DNA of 64,000 nt from an uncultured Oscillospiraceae bacterium (GCA_963560135.1 CAUWNA010000040.1:9734-73733), one strand, 5' to 3'; counted from the stretch's first letter, positions 47,842-57,464 are shown. The notes: a model not told the origin generated them from the sequence alone. Made by a program: numbers and translations.

Positions 47842-48743
47842 GACGTTTTGCGCCCACGCCCTCTGGGAGGATGCACCTGGGCAATGTATTTGCGGCGCTG
47901 CTTGCCTGGCTGTCGGTGCGCAGCCAAGGCGGACAGCTGGTGCTGCGGATGGAGGATCTGGATACCCAGCGCACCAGTGCTGCCTTTGCCGACACCCTCC
48001 GGCAGGATCTTCTCTGGCTGGGGCTGGACTGGGATTGGGAGATGCCCGCCCAGAGCACCCGCACAGCGGTGTATGACCAATATTTTTCCCAGCTGGAGCA
48101 GCAGGGGCTGCTCTACCCCTGCTATTGCACCCGCAGCCAGCTCCACAGTGCCGATGCGCCCCACCTGTCTGACGGGACCTATGTCTACCCCGGCACCTGC
48201 CGCCACTTAACCAGTCAGCAGCGTGCTGCCTTTGACCGAAAGCCAGCCTGGCGGGTGCAGGTGCCCGACCGGCTGTGGCAGGTAAACGATTTGGTTCAGG
48301 GCCGCTACGAAAGCAACCTGGCCACCGACTGCGGCGATATGGTGGTGCGCCGGGCTGACGGGGTGTACGTCTACCAGCTGGCGGTGACCGTGGATGACGG
48401 GGAAGCCGGTGTCACGGAAGTGGTCCGGGGGATGGATCTGCTCTCCTCGGCCCCCCGGCAGATGTACTTGCAGGAGCTGCTGGGCTTTCCCCACCCCCAA
48501 TATGCCCACGTGCCCATGCTGCTGGCGCCGGACGGACGGCGGCTGAGCAAGCGAGACCGGGACCTGGACTTGGGACAGTTGCGGCTGCGCTGCCGCCCGG
48601 AGGCAATCATCGGAAGTCTGGCGTGGGCTGCCGGACTGCTGCCCACGCCCCAGCCCATCTCTCCCCGGGAGCTGGCCTGTGAATTCTCCTGGGCGAAGGT
48701 AAAATCCGACAACATTTGCCTGGATGGAAATCTGTTGGAATGA
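47811..48743 (+). CDS. gluQ: tRNA glutamyl-Q(34) synthetase (GluQRS)
   Basis: GRFAPTPSGRMHLGN (HIGH-like), a CYC...C zinc site and RLSKRD (KMSKS-like). No anticodon-binding domain (310 aa). The start may instead be the ATG at 47823. Confidence 0.88.
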   Translation: MVAEMAGSVVGRFAPTPSGRMHLGNVFAALLAWLSVRSQGGQLVLRMEDLDTQRTSAAFADTLRQDLLWLGLDWDWEMPAQSTRTAVYDQYFSQLEQQGLLYPCYCTRSQLHSADAPHLSDGTYVYPGTCRHLTSQQRAAFDRKPAWRVQVPDRLWQVNDLVQGRYESNLATDCGDMVVRRADGVYVYQLAVTVDDGEAGVTEVVRGMDLLSSAPRQMYLQELLGFPHPQYAHVPMLLAPDGRRLSKRDRDLDLGQLRLRCRPEAIIGSLAWAAGLLPTPQPISPRELACEFSWAKVKSDNICLDGNLLE

Positions 48744-48898
48744 CGGGGCATATTCAATCCAATCCGTGTCGAATTGCACAATTTTCTCCGCCCTGTCTTG
48801 CTTTCTATTGGAAAAACAGATATACTAGGCTCATATCCCATGGCGAACGAAAATAACGCCCAGGGCACAGCCCCAGGCGCAATAAAGGAGATATTATC

Positions 48899-49819
48899 AT
48901 GGCAAAAAAACCTGTTCTTGTTGTGATGGCAGCCGGCATGGGCAGCCGTTATGGCGGTCTGAAGCAGATTGATCCCGTGGGCAGCCACGGCGAGGCCATC
49001 TTGGACTATTCCATCTATGATGCCCACCGGGCCGGTTTTGATACCGTGGTCATCATCATCAAAGAGGCCATCAAGGAAGATTTCATGAGCACCGTGGGCA
49101 AGCGCCTGGAGAAGGCCCCCGTGGAGGTGCGTTATGCTTACCAGGAGCTGGACAAGCTCCCTGCCGGCTACACCGCTCCCGCCGAGCGTACCAAGCCCTG
49201 GGGTACCAGCCATGCCGTGCTGTGCGCCGCCGAAGCCATTGACGGCGCTCCCTTTGCCGTTATCAACGCCGACGACTACTATGGCAAGGCCGCTTTCCAG
49301 GTCATCTATGACCAGCTGAGCCAAACCCAGGACCCCAACGCCCACTGCATGGTCGGCTACGAGCTGAGCAAGACCGTCACCGAAAACGGCAGCGTGGCCC
49401 GGGGCATCTGTGTCACCGACGAAAACGGCTTCCTGACCGAGGTCACCGAGCGCACCCGCATCGAGCAGTACGACGGCGGCATCCACTTCACCGAAGACGG
49501 TGAGACCTGGACCGACGTAGCCCCGGAGACCATCGTTTCCATGAACATGTGGGGCTTCATGCCCAGCTTCCTGGACGAGATCAACGCCCGGTTCGCTGCT
49601 TTCCTGGACAAGGCCCTGGTGGAAAATCCTCTGAAGGGCGAGTACTTCCTGCCCATTCCCGTGGCACAGCTCATCCACGAGGGCAAGGCCAGCTTCCGTG
49701 TCCTGTCCTCCCCTGACCGCTGGTACGGCGTGACCTACGCCGCTGACAAGCCGGTGGTGGTGGCTGCCCTGAAGGGCATGACCCAGCAGGGACTGTATCC
49801 CGACGGTCTGTGGGACTAA
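48899..49819 (+). CDS. Sugar-phosphate nucleotidyltransferase (GT-A NTP_transferase fold)
   Basis: VVMAAGMGSRYGGLKQ glycine-rich loop, PWGTSHAV and INADDYYG motifs. Substrate not assignable from sequence alone. Confidence 0.75.
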   Translation: MAKKPVLVVMAAGMGSRYGGLKQIDPVGSHGEAILDYSIYDAHRAGFDTVVIIIKEAIKEDFMSTVGKRLEKAPVEVRYAYQELDKLPAGYTAPAERTKPWGTSHAVLCAAEAIDGAPFAVINADDYYGKAAFQVIYDQLSQTQDPNAHCMVGYELSKTVTENGSVARGICVTDENGFLTEVTERTRIEQYDGGIHFTEDGETWTDVAPETIVSMNMWGFMPSFLDEINARFAAFLDKALVENPLKGEYFLPIPVAQLIHEGKASFRVLSSPDRWYGVTYAADKPVVVAALKGMTQQGLYPDGLWD

Positions 49820-49845
49820 CGATTTCCGCAAACTAGCGCAAAATG

Positions 49846-49881
49846 AAGGTGTCAGGCTTCCGCCTGACACCTTATTTTTAT
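49846..49881. terminator. Bidirectional terminator
   Basis: aaggtgtcaggc-ttcc-gcctgacacctt followed by ATTTTTA, which overlaps the stop codon of the convergent gene. Confidence 0.75.
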
Positions 49882-50945
49882 CCTTGTTTCCGTGCCTCCA
49901 CCTCTTCGGAGACATTCAGCGAGCGCAGAACGCTGTACTCGTCAAACCGGGTATCGCCGGTTTCGCTGAGGAACACCAGGCGCACGTCGGTATCGTCAAA
50001 GGTCGCTTGACCGACCTTCTGAGCGATGCTGTTGGGGTCTACATTGCGCAGATACATCCGGCAGCGGCCGTCCGGCAGGGCGAAGGTGGGGTCTGTCACC
50101 TCGAAGGAGAGGACAAAGTCCGCAGAGGTACAGTTGGACAGCAGGCTGTCCGCAGCGGCTTTCAGCGCCGCAGGCTTATCGCCGTTAAAGATGTACTGAT
50201 CCGTTCCCGGGAAGCAGAAGTTGCTCAGCAGCACTTCGTTAAAGCCCATGTTTTTCAGCTCCGTCACCACGGAGGTGATCCAGTTGATGGTGCTGCCGTT
50301 GGTGGGGTCCAGCCAGTACATGCCGCCGGGATCCATCCACAGTCCCGCCCGGCTCAGCATATACAGGCCGGAGGTCACGTTCTTGTCGCCAAACTCCCGA
50401 TCCCGGAAGGCGCTGACCTCGGCAATGGTGTAAAAGCCCTTGTCCTTCAGCTTCTGCACCAGGCTGGATACCGCCTGCACGTCGGTACTGGCCGAAATGG
50501 TGGCATTGCCCAGCTTGCTGGGATAGTAGAAAGAGCCATAGGGGCCTTTCATCTCAATCATCACGGCGGTGCCGGCAGGAAGCCGTTCCAGCTGGAGCAG
50601 CACCCCGGCCATATCCTCTTTGAACATGTCGCTGGTGATATAGTAGCCCACCAGCGGCTTCAGCTCGTTGCTGGTGTCGATGGCATCGGCACCTTCGTTG
50701 TAGAAGATGGACACCTTGGCCTCCGCCACCGGCGGCGTGGCCTCCTCGCCCACGGCCTCGTTGGCAGAAACGGAGAAATCCAGCTTGGCACCGGCGGTGC
50801 CGTCCTCCATGTCGGTATAGACCACATAGCGCTGAAGCCAGACCACCCAGCACAGCCAGGCCGCCACGGCCAGCACAAACAGAACCATCAGCACGATGCC
50901 CACCCGTTTCAGGGTGCGCTGGGTGCGATAGGGAAGGTTAAACAT
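49878..50945 (-). CDS. Membrane-anchored protein, possible DUF4015/GHL-type TIM-barrel glycoside-hydrolase-like protein
   Basis: N-terminal TM anchor. The segment ELKNMGFNEVLLSNFCFPG resembles the GFDEIQFDY(I/V)RFP motif of DUF4015. Start at MFNLPY overlaps the prmA stop codon by 8 nt. Confidence 0.45.
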   Translation of the reverse strand: MFNLPYRTQRTLKRVGIVLMVLFVLAVAAWLCWVVWLQRYVVYTDMEDGTAGAKLDFSVSANEAVGEEATPPVAEAKVSIFYNEGADAIDTSNELKPLVGYYITSDMFKEDMAGVLLQLERLPAGTAVMIEMKGPYGSFYYPSKLGNATISASTDVQAVSSLVQKLKDKGFYTIAEVSAFRDREFGDKNVTSGLYMLSRAGLWMDPGGMYWLDPTNGSTINWITSVVTELKNMGFNEVLLSNFCFPGTDQYIFNGDKPAALKAAADSLLSNCTSADFVLSFEVTDPTFALPDGRCRMYLRNVDPNSIAQKVGQATFDDTDVRLVFLSETGDTRFDEYSVLRSLNVSEEVEARKQG

Positions 50946-51897
50946 GGGCACGGTCCTCCTTCGGCTGGGCAAGCTGCGCCCGGACACAGCGCCAGTCCTC
51001 TTTCTGGCAGATTTCCGTCACGGTCAGCCCCGCCTGTGCCAGCGCCGCCAGCACATCATCCAGCCGCACATCCAGGATGCCGGAGCACAGCAGCACGCTG
51101 TCCCGGTCCAAAAGCTGCGGCAGCACCGGGGCCAGGGCGATGATCACATCGGCCACAATGTTCACCAGCACCAGGTCATAGTGCTCCGCAGCCAGGCGCT
51201 CCATCAGCGCCTGATCCTCGGTGACGTTGCCGGTGCAGGCAGTAAAGGCCGGGGCGGAAAAGCCGTTGTAGGCTGCATTTTCCCGGGCGATGTCCTCGGC
51301 CTTGGGGTCGATATCCACGCCGGTGGCCTGCTCAGCTCCCAACCGCAGGGCGGTGATGGACAAAATGCCGCTGCCGCTGCCCAGATCCAGGCAGCGGTGG
51401 CCGGGCTTCACCCGCTGCTCCATCTGCTCCATCACCATTTGGGTGGAGGGATGGGCGCCGGTGCCGAAGGTCAGGCCCGGGTCCAGGATAATGGGCAGGC
51501 GGCTGCCCGCCTGGTCCGCCAGCCAGTAAGGCAGCACCACCAGGCTCTGCCCTACCTCCTGGGGCGGATAGTTGTCCTTCCAGCTCTCGGCCCAGTCCGT
51601 CTCCGGCAAAGCGGTGACAGTTTTGGAAAGCCCCAGCTCCTGAAGCACCCCATCCAGCCGGGCCATACCGGCTTGGTCGGTATCCTCTAAATACAGCTTG
51701 ATCTGGGACAGCCCTTGCAGGGACTGCTCCAGCTGTTCGTCAATATAATCCCAGTAGGCCCGGTTGTCCTCCAAAAAGGTCTCAAACTCCTGCTGGTCCT
51801 CAATAACCAGGTCCGCAAAGCCCCGGGCAGTCAGGGCAGCAGCTGTCTGGGCGCAGCTTTCAGCGGCAGTTTTCACAGTAATTTCCAGCCATGCCAT
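50938..51897 (-). CDS. prmA: Ribosomal protein L11 methyltransferase
   Basis: 319 aa. MAWLEITV N-terminus, FGTGAHPST and LDLGSGSGILS SAM motifs. Confidence 0.92.
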   Translation of the reverse strand: MAWLEITVKTAAESCAQTAAALTARGFADLVIEDQQEFETFLEDNRAYWDYIDEQLEQSLQGLSQIKLYLEDTDQAGMARLDGVLQELGLSKTVTALPETDWAESWKDNYPPQEVGQSLVVLPYWLADQAGSRLPIILDPGLTFGTGAHPSTQMVMEQMEQRVKPGHRCLDLGSGSGILSITALRLGAEQATGVDIDPKAEDIARENAAYNGFSAPAFTACTGNVTEDQALMERLAAEHYDLVLVNIVADVIIALAPVLPQLLDRDSVLLCSGILDVRLDDVLAALAQAGLTVTEICQKEDWRCVRAQLAQPKEDRAHV

Positions 51898-52124
51898 GGC
51901 AAATGCTCCTCTCTATCGGTTTCTTGCCCTCCATTTTACCGCAAATCCGAAAAAATAACAACTGAAAAAGTCTTAAATTTTTGTGTCCTACTTCCTATTT
52001 TGGAAAAATTGGTATATAATAACCGTTACGTGACTTTGCAGCCGGAAAAATAGGAGCGGTTGCCCAAGGGAATCTCCGGGCCGCTTGGCGGATTTTCCCT
52101 GCACCCATACGAAGGAGCCTATCT

Positions 52125-53390
52125 ATGATTGAAACCATTCACTTACAGCCCGGTGCCGTTTTGCAGGTCTGCCGGGACCCCCGCTTTAAGCAGGGATGCC
52201 TGAGCTTTCAGCTGCTGCGGCCCATGTGCCGGGAGGAAGCGGCCATGAATGCCCTGCTGCCGTCGGTGCTGCTTCGGGGCAGCCGCACCTGTCCGGACCT
52301 GCGCTCCATCACCCAGCGCCTGGATACCCTCTACGGCGGTGCCGTGGGGCCGCTGGTGCGCCGGGTGGGAGATTACCAGACCACCGGCCTGTGCTGCAGC
52401 TTTATGGATGACCGTTTTGCTCTGCCGGGGGATGCCGTGCTGGCCCCTATGGTGGAATTTTTGCAGGAGCTGCTGCTGGACTACCGCCAGGAGCAGGATG
52501 CTTTTTTGCCCAGCTTTGTGGAAAGCGAGAAGAAAAACCTGATTTCCACCATCGAATCCGAGCGCAACGACAAGCGGCTGTACGCCATGAACAAGCTGCT
52601 ACGGCAGATGTGCCAGGGCGACAGCTTCGGCCTGCCCCGGCTGGGTGAGGTTTCGGACGTTGCCACCATTACAGCCCAGCAGCTGACGGAGCACTACCGC
52701 ACCATTTTGCGCACCAGCCCCATCCAGATGTTCTACGTGGGCAGCGCTTCTGCCCAGGAACTGGCAGATTTGATTCAGCCGCTGCTGGCCCGTCTGGACC
52801 GCGCCCCCCAGGTACTGCCGCCGCAGACCGCTTTCCACCCCTGCCCCGCCACCCATACCGAGGAGCGGATGGACGTGTCCCAGGGCAAGCTGTGCATGGG
52901 CTTTGTCACCCCCGTCACCAACCGGGACCCGGATTTTGCCGTTGCCCAGGTATTCAATGTGATTTTCGGCGGCGGTATGACCAGCAAGCTGTTTGTCAAT
53001 GTCCGGGAGAAGCGGTCGCTGTGCTATTCCATCGGCTCGGCTTATTACAGCACCAAGGGCATTGTCCTGGTTTCTGCCGGCATTGACTTTGACCAGGAGC
53101 AGGCCACCCGTCAGGAGGTGCTGGCCCAGCTGACCGCCTGTCAGCAGGGCCAGATTTCCCCGGTGGAGCTGACCGCCGCCAAGGAAGCTCTGCTCAGCTC
53201 TCTGCGGGCCACCCACGATTCTCCCGGTGCCATCGAAAGCTACTATGCCACCGCCGCCCTCAGCGGCCTGAATATGGACGTGGGCCAATATATGCAGGCG
53301 GTTGAGGCGGTAACGCTGGAGGATGTAATCCGGACCGCCCAGCAAACCCAGCCCCACAGCACCTTCTTCCTGAAAGGAGCGCAGTCATGA
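52125..53390 (+). CDS. M16 (pitrilysin) family peptidase subunit, non-catalytic type
   Basis: 421 aa with the M16 fold but no HxxEH motif. Translationally coupled to the next gene. Confidence 0.75.
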   Translation: MIETIHLQPGAVLQVCRDPRFKQGCLSFQLLRPMCREEAAMNALLPSVLLRGSRTCPDLRSITQRLDTLYGGAVGPLVRRVGDYQTTGLCCSFMDDRFALPGDAVLAPMVEFLQELLLDYRQEQDAFLPSFVESEKKNLISTIESERNDKRLYAMNKLLRQMCQGDSFGLPRLGEVSDVATITAQQLTEHYRTILRTSPIQMFYVGSASAQELADLIQPLLARLDRAPQVLPPQTAFHPCPATHTEERMDVSQGKLCMGFVTPVTNRDPDFAVAQVFNVIFGGGMTSKLFVNVREKRSLCYSIGSAYYSTKGIVLVSAGIDFDQEQATRQEVLAQLTACQQGQISPVELTAAKEALLSSLRATHDSPGAIESYYATAALSGLNMDVGQYMQAVEAVTLEDVIRTAQQTQPHSTFFLKGAQS

Positions 53391-54670
53391 AACCTGTCTA
53401 CTATCCCGAGCTGGACGAAACTTTGTACCACGAGACGTTGGAAAACGGCCTGCGGGTGCGCATCGCCCAGCGCAAGGGCTTCTCGAAAAAAATGGCCTAC
53501 TTCGTCACCGATTACGGCTCCATTCACACCGGCTTCCGGCTGGATGGTGTGGAGTGTCAGGCCCCTGCCGGGGTGGCCCACTATTTGGAGCACAAGCTCT
53601 TTGACATGCCCGGCGGCCGGGATGTGAGCGAGGAATTTGCCAGCCTGGGGGCCAGTGTCAACGCCTTTACCAGCTATGACATGACCGCCTACTATTTCTC
53701 CTGCACCGAGCATTTTGACCAGTGCCTGAAGCTGCTGCTGGAATTCGTCTCCACCCCCTACTTTACCGAAGAAAGCGTCGAAAAAGAGCGGGGCATCATC
53801 GACCAGGAAATCGGCATGAATCTGGATGCCCCGGACAACCGGGTGTTTGAAAACCTGATGGAGGCCATGTACGATGCCCACCCCATTCGGGTTCCCATTC
53901 TGGGCACCAGCCAGACCATTCGCAGCATCACCCCCCAGATTCTGAACCAGTGCCACCAGGCTTTCTACACTCCGGAAAACATGGTGCTGTGTGTGGTGGG
54001 CGATGTAGACCCCCAGCAGGTGCTGGATCTTGCCAGACAAGTGCTGGGCACAGAACCGGCCCCCTGTGCAAAGAAGCTTCGCCCCTGGGACGAGGACATG
54101 ACCTGCCAGCGCAGCGAGGTGGAGCAGGCCATGGAAGTAGCCATGCCCACCTTCAACCTGGGCTTCAAGTGTGAGCCTCTGGGCACCGGGCAGGAAGCCA
54201 TCCGCCAGGAAATGATTGCAGATTTGGCTGCGGAAGCCCTGTTTGGCGAGTCCTCTCAGCTGTATCTGGATCTGTATGAGCAGGGGCTGATCGACTCCTC
54301 CTTCGGCGGCGGCTTTGAGACTGTGGACGGCTGTGCCCTGCTGCTGTGCTCCGGAGATTCTCAGAACCCCAGAGCGGTGCGGGAAGCCATTTTGCACCAG
54401 GCGCAAATCCTGTGCAGCCAAGGCCTGCCCCAGGGCAGCTTCCTGCGGATGAAGCGCAGCGCCCTTGGCCGGCGCATCCGGGCACTGGACAGCTTTGACG
54501 GCACGTGCTTCCGCATCTGCGCCTACCATTTCTCTCAGTTTGACTATTTCACCTTCCCGGAGGTATACCGCACCATCCAGGAGGAAGATTTGCTGGCCTT
54601 CCTGAGCCGGGTCGTCCGGCGGGAACGCTGCGCCCTTTCCATCATCACGCCCATCGAAGTTCAAGAATAA
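53387..54670 (+). CDS. M16 family zinc peptidase (catalytic subunit)
   Basis: 427 aa with the inverted zinc motif HYLEHKLF. Confidence 0.85.
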   Translation: MKPVYYPELDETLYHETLENGLRVRIAQRKGFSKKMAYFVTDYGSIHTGFRLDGVECQAPAGVAHYLEHKLFDMPGGRDVSEEFASLGASVNAFTSYDMTAYYFSCTEHFDQCLKLLLEFVSTPYFTEESVEKERGIIDQEIGMNLDAPDNRVFENLMEAMYDAHPIRVPILGTSQTIRSITPQILNQCHQAFYTPENMVLCVVGDVDPQQVLDLARQVLGTEPAPCAKKLRPWDEDMTCQRSEVEQAMEVAMPTFNLGFKCEPLGTGQEAIRQEMIADLAAEALFGESSQLYLDLYEQGLIDSSFGGGFETVDGCALLLCSGDSQNPRAVREAILHQAQILCSQGLPQGSFLRMKRSALGRRIRALDSFDGTCFRICAYHFSQFDYFTFPEVYRTIQEEDLLAFLSRVVRRERCALSIITPIEVQE

Positions 54671-54683
54671 GAGGTGCTTTTCT

Positions 54684-55553
54684 GTGAATTATACCACCAT
54701 TTCCTTCCCCTCCCTGGGGATTTCTCTGGATCCGCCCCGGACCTTTTCCCTGGGGCCGGTGACCCTGCATCTGTACGGTTTGGTCATCGCTGTCGGCCTG
54801 CTGCTGGCCGTGCTGTACAGCCTGCGCCGGTGCAAGCAGTTCGGCCTGAAGCAGGATGACCTGCTGGACGGCGTGCTGTGGGTCACCCCCTTTGCCATCA
54901 TCTGCGCCCGGGCTTACTATGTGGCCTTCACCTTGGAGGCTTACGCCGACAATCCCATCTCCGCCCTGTACATCTGGGAGGGCGGCATCGCCATTTACGG
55001 CGGTGTGCTGGGTGCGGTGCTGGGCATTGCCATATTGTGCAAGGTGAAAAAGCTGAAATTCGCCGCCGTGATGGACCTGGTGCTGCTGGGCTTCCTCATC
55101 GGCCAGTCCATGGGCCGCTGGGGCAACTTCTTCAATCGGGAGGCCTTCGGCGCACCCACCGACAGCTTCCTGCGGATGGGCCTGTTCAACAGCGCCACCG
55201 GCCAGTGGGAATACTACCACCCCACCTTCCTGTATGAGTCCGTGTGGAATCTGGCGGGGCTGGTCATGCTCCATTTCTGGTCCAAGAAGCGCCGCTACGA
55301 CGGACAGATTGCCCTGGGCTATGTGGCTTGGTACGGCCTGGGCCGGGCCTGGATCGAGGGCCTGCGGATGGACAGCCTGTACTGGGGCGACTTCCGGGTG
55401 AGCCAGGTGCTGGCTGCTGCCAGCTGTCTGGTGGCCACGGCGGTGCTCCTCTACCAGCACTTCCGCCCCCACGACCCCGCTCAGCTCTACGTCAACCAAA
55501 TCGCCGCCCAGCAGGCCAGCGCTCCCGCTGCCCCCTCTGAGCAAGATGCTTAA
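54684..55553 (+). CDS. lgt: Prolipoprotein diacylglyceryl transferase
   Basis: 289 aa from a GTG start. YGLVIAVG, GGIAIYGG and GRWGNFFNREAFG Lgt motifs. Confidence 0.93.
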   Translation: MNYTTISFPSLGISLDPPRTFSLGPVTLHLYGLVIAVGLLLAVLYSLRRCKQFGLKQDDLLDGVLWVTPFAIICARAYYVAFTLEAYADNPISALYIWEGGIAIYGGVLGAVLGIAILCKVKKLKFAAVMDLVLLGFLIGQSMGRWGNFFNREAFGAPTDSFLRMGLFNSATGQWEYYHPTFLYESVWNLAGLVMLHFWSKKRRYDGQIALGYVAWYGLGRAWIEGLRMDSLYWGDFRVSQVLAAASCLVATAVLLYQHFRPHDPAQLYVNQIAAQQASAPAAPSEQDA

Positions 55554-55558
55554 CTTCC

Positions 55559-55599
55559 AAAGCTTGCTGCAACTTCGGTTGCGGCAAGCTTTTTCTTTT
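55559..55599 (+). terminator. Intrinsic terminator of lgt
   Basis: aaagcttgc.gcaac-ttcg-gttgc.gcaagcttt followed by TTTCTTTT. Confidence 0.8.
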
Positions 55600-55629
55600 C
55601 CAAAATCCATATGGCAAACACGCTTCCTC

Positions 55630-55671
55630 TTGACAAATTGGATTTCTGTTTGCTATAATGAACACTGTTCA
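55630..55671 (+). promoter_or_regulatory. Near-consensus promoter plus overlapping 13 bp palindrome TGAACACTGTTCA
   Basis: TTGACA, 18 nt, TATAAT (55630-55659). The palindrome at 55659-55671 covers the predicted transcription start. Confidence 0.5.
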
Positions 55672-55697
55672 CTATGGTGTAATCTTAAGTCCCCCGT

Positions 55698-56027
55698 ATG
55701 AGGTTTTCTATGCTTTTCTTGGTTACCCTACTCGTTTTAGCCATTGGCGGCCGCTGGGCCTGCGGCAGAATCTGTCCCCTGGGAATTTTGGAGGACTTGA
55801 TTTTCAAAATCCCCTTTCCCAAAAAGTACCGTTCTCTCCCCTGGGACCGACAGCTGAGGAAGCTCAAATACATCCTCTTTGTTCTGCTGGTAATCCTCAT
55901 CCCCACCCTGTTTCTTCCCAATCGGGAAGCATGGAAACCCGGCCTTCTGGCTGTAAAGCTGCTGGGATTTTCCACAGTTTTCCTGCTGTTGCTGGTGATC
56001 AAACGGCCCTTTTGCAAATATCTTTGA
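55698..56027 (+). pseudogene. Truncated 4Fe-4S-binding membrane protein (NapH/MauN-like) gene fragment
   Basis: Contains the first CG(R/W)ICPLG motif. It stops at ...KRPFCKYL*, inside what is normally the second FC.YLCP.G motif. The downstream sequence is unrelated. Confidence 0.6.
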
Positions 56028-56188
56028 ATGCCTTGGATGTGGCAGAGGTCTTGGGAATCTCCCGGGCGGCAGCTTACGAGTTGGTTCGCTCCAAAGGATT
56101 CCCACGCATGAATGTCGGCAAACGGATTCTCATTCCGAAAGATGCGTTCCTCGAATGGATCAGGCAGCAGACGGAGGTGAACGGTTGA
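56024..56188 (+). CDS. Excisionase-type (HTH_17/MerR-like) DNA-binding protein, possibly 5'-truncated
   Basis: LDVAEVLGISRAAAYELVRSKGFPRMNVGKRILIPKDAFLEWIRQQ matches the excisionase-family HTH pattern. No ATG and no RBS; only TTG/GTG candidate starts. Confidence 0.5.
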   Translation: MNALDVAEVLGISRAAAYELVRSKGFPRMNVGKRILIPKDAFLEWIRQQTEVNG

Positions 56189-56553
56189 AAAAGTATCGTG
56201 CGCCAAACAAAGAGTTCTTCCGTCTGCCAAACAAGATTTTCGATGTTCCCATGACACCAATTCAATTTACGATCTATGCGTATCTTGTCTGCTGCGCTGG
56301 GAGCAAAGGCTATTGCTGGCCCAGCATCAAAACCATCAGCAACCGGACGGGTATCAGCAAAACATCCGTCAACGAACATCTGAAAGTTCTTGCCAAACGG
56401 CAGATCATTGAAATCGGGAAGCAGAAACGACCTGGCAGTGCTTACAAGAACAACACATACACGCTGCTGGATCTGAACAACCCGGAAGTGTATCGTAATT
56501 TGGATGAAGCAGCGGAATTGCCCTTCGCCATCGACGATATTCCCGCAGTGTGA
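56185..56553 (+). CDS. Mobile-element HTH protein (replication-initiator/DnaD-like N-terminal HTH type)
   Basis: TTG start 7 nt after GGAGG. FFRLPNKIFD...PIQFTIYAYLVCCAGSKGYCWPSIKTISNRTGISKTSVNEHLKVLAKRQII is the pattern common in clostridial integrative elements. Confidence 0.6.
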   Translation: MKKYRAPNKEFFRLPNKIFDVPMTPIQFTIYAYLVCCAGSKGYCWPSIKTISNRTGISKTSVNEHLKVLAKRQIIEIGKQKRPGSAYKNNTYTLLDLNNPEVYRNLDEAAELPFAIDDIPAV

Positions 56554-56592
56554 AGCCGCTGGCAAGCCTGTGTCCGATCATCGTTGTATCGG

Positions 56593-56880
56593 CAGGTGAA
56601 TGTCCATGCTCCTCAGGTGAAAACGCCGTGTGCAGGGAATCGCCAGTGGCATAGGATTATTTACCCAAAAGGTGAAAACCAGAGGTTACGGAAAAGAAAG
56701 CAGGAATAAGGGTGGGGTCAAAACCCCACCCGATTCCCACCGTCCGGCAACGCCGGGCGGGGATTTCCTTAGCGCCGCAACCATTTTGTGTAATAGGGCA
56801 GCAAATGAAAATTGGGCACATAACAAGAATTAAGTGTGCCGTGGTTGGGATTCTGCTACTGCCCCAACCACGATTCCGTG
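56593..56880 (+). other. Non-coding hairpin/iteron region (candidate ori or oriT of the element remnant)
   Basis: AGGTGAA occurs three times (56594, 56615, 56670), two of them extended to AGGTGAAAAC. Three GC hairpins at 56710-56731, 56740-56760 and 56840-56872. The first and third are each followed by CGATTCC. Confidence 0.4.
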
Positions 56881-56961
56881 TGAAATACGAAAATTGGAGG
56901 TGATTCAAACATCGAAAAGCAAGAAACCGTTCGCAAAACAGTTCATATCGAAAAGACGCTG

Positions 56962-57348
56962 GTGCATGCCTATGAGATCTTAAAATCCGAAGCCGGGGTC
57001 GATTCCTTTTCCCAATTCACCAGCAATGCGCTGAATATGTACATCGACCACTTGCTCGGAAAACGCCTGCACCCCGTTGTCAGCAGGGAGGTCCAAAAGG
57101 CCGTCAGAAAAGAAGTCACGCCCATCGCCAGTCGGTTGTCAAAGGGGCTGTATCGATATGCCATTCTCATTGACATACTTTGTCAAATCCTCGTCTACCT
57201 GAACTTTACAGGCGGCGATCAGATCATGGAGGGGTTCCGCAAAAATGCCAACATCCGAATTGCAAAAATGCGCGGTCACATCGACTTGCAATCCATTCTG
57301 GATGACACCTGGGAATTGCGGGAAGGTTTTTGTGACGAAGAGGAATAA
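56962..57348 (+). CDS. Hypothetical protein of the element remnant (start uncertain)
   Basis: 128 aa from GTG. A GGAGG at 56896-56900 sits 60 nt further upstream with no canonical in-frame start after it. No family recognised. Confidence 0.4.
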   Translation: MHAYEILKSEAGVDSFSQFTSNALNMYIDHLLGKRLHPVVSREVQKAVRKEVTPIASRLSKGLYRYAILIDILCQILVYLNFTGGDQIMEGFRKNANIRIAKMRGHIDLQSILDDTWELREGFCDEEE

Positions 57349-57464
57349 CATGACGGTCGCTAACAAAACGCAGGAAACAAGTAAAATACCCGCCAACTTC
57401 TTTGGTAGGTTTCGTGAATGGATATTATCAAATAAGTGTGGTAATGTGTACACTACAAAGGAGG

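Noticed and set aside
55659-55671. TGAACACTGTTCA as a LexA (Cheo) box, suggesting SOS control of the island.
   Set aside because: The Gram-positive SOS box is GAAC-N4-GTTC. This site has GAAC-N3-GTTC, so the half-site spacing is wrong. It is kept only as an unassigned operator candidate.
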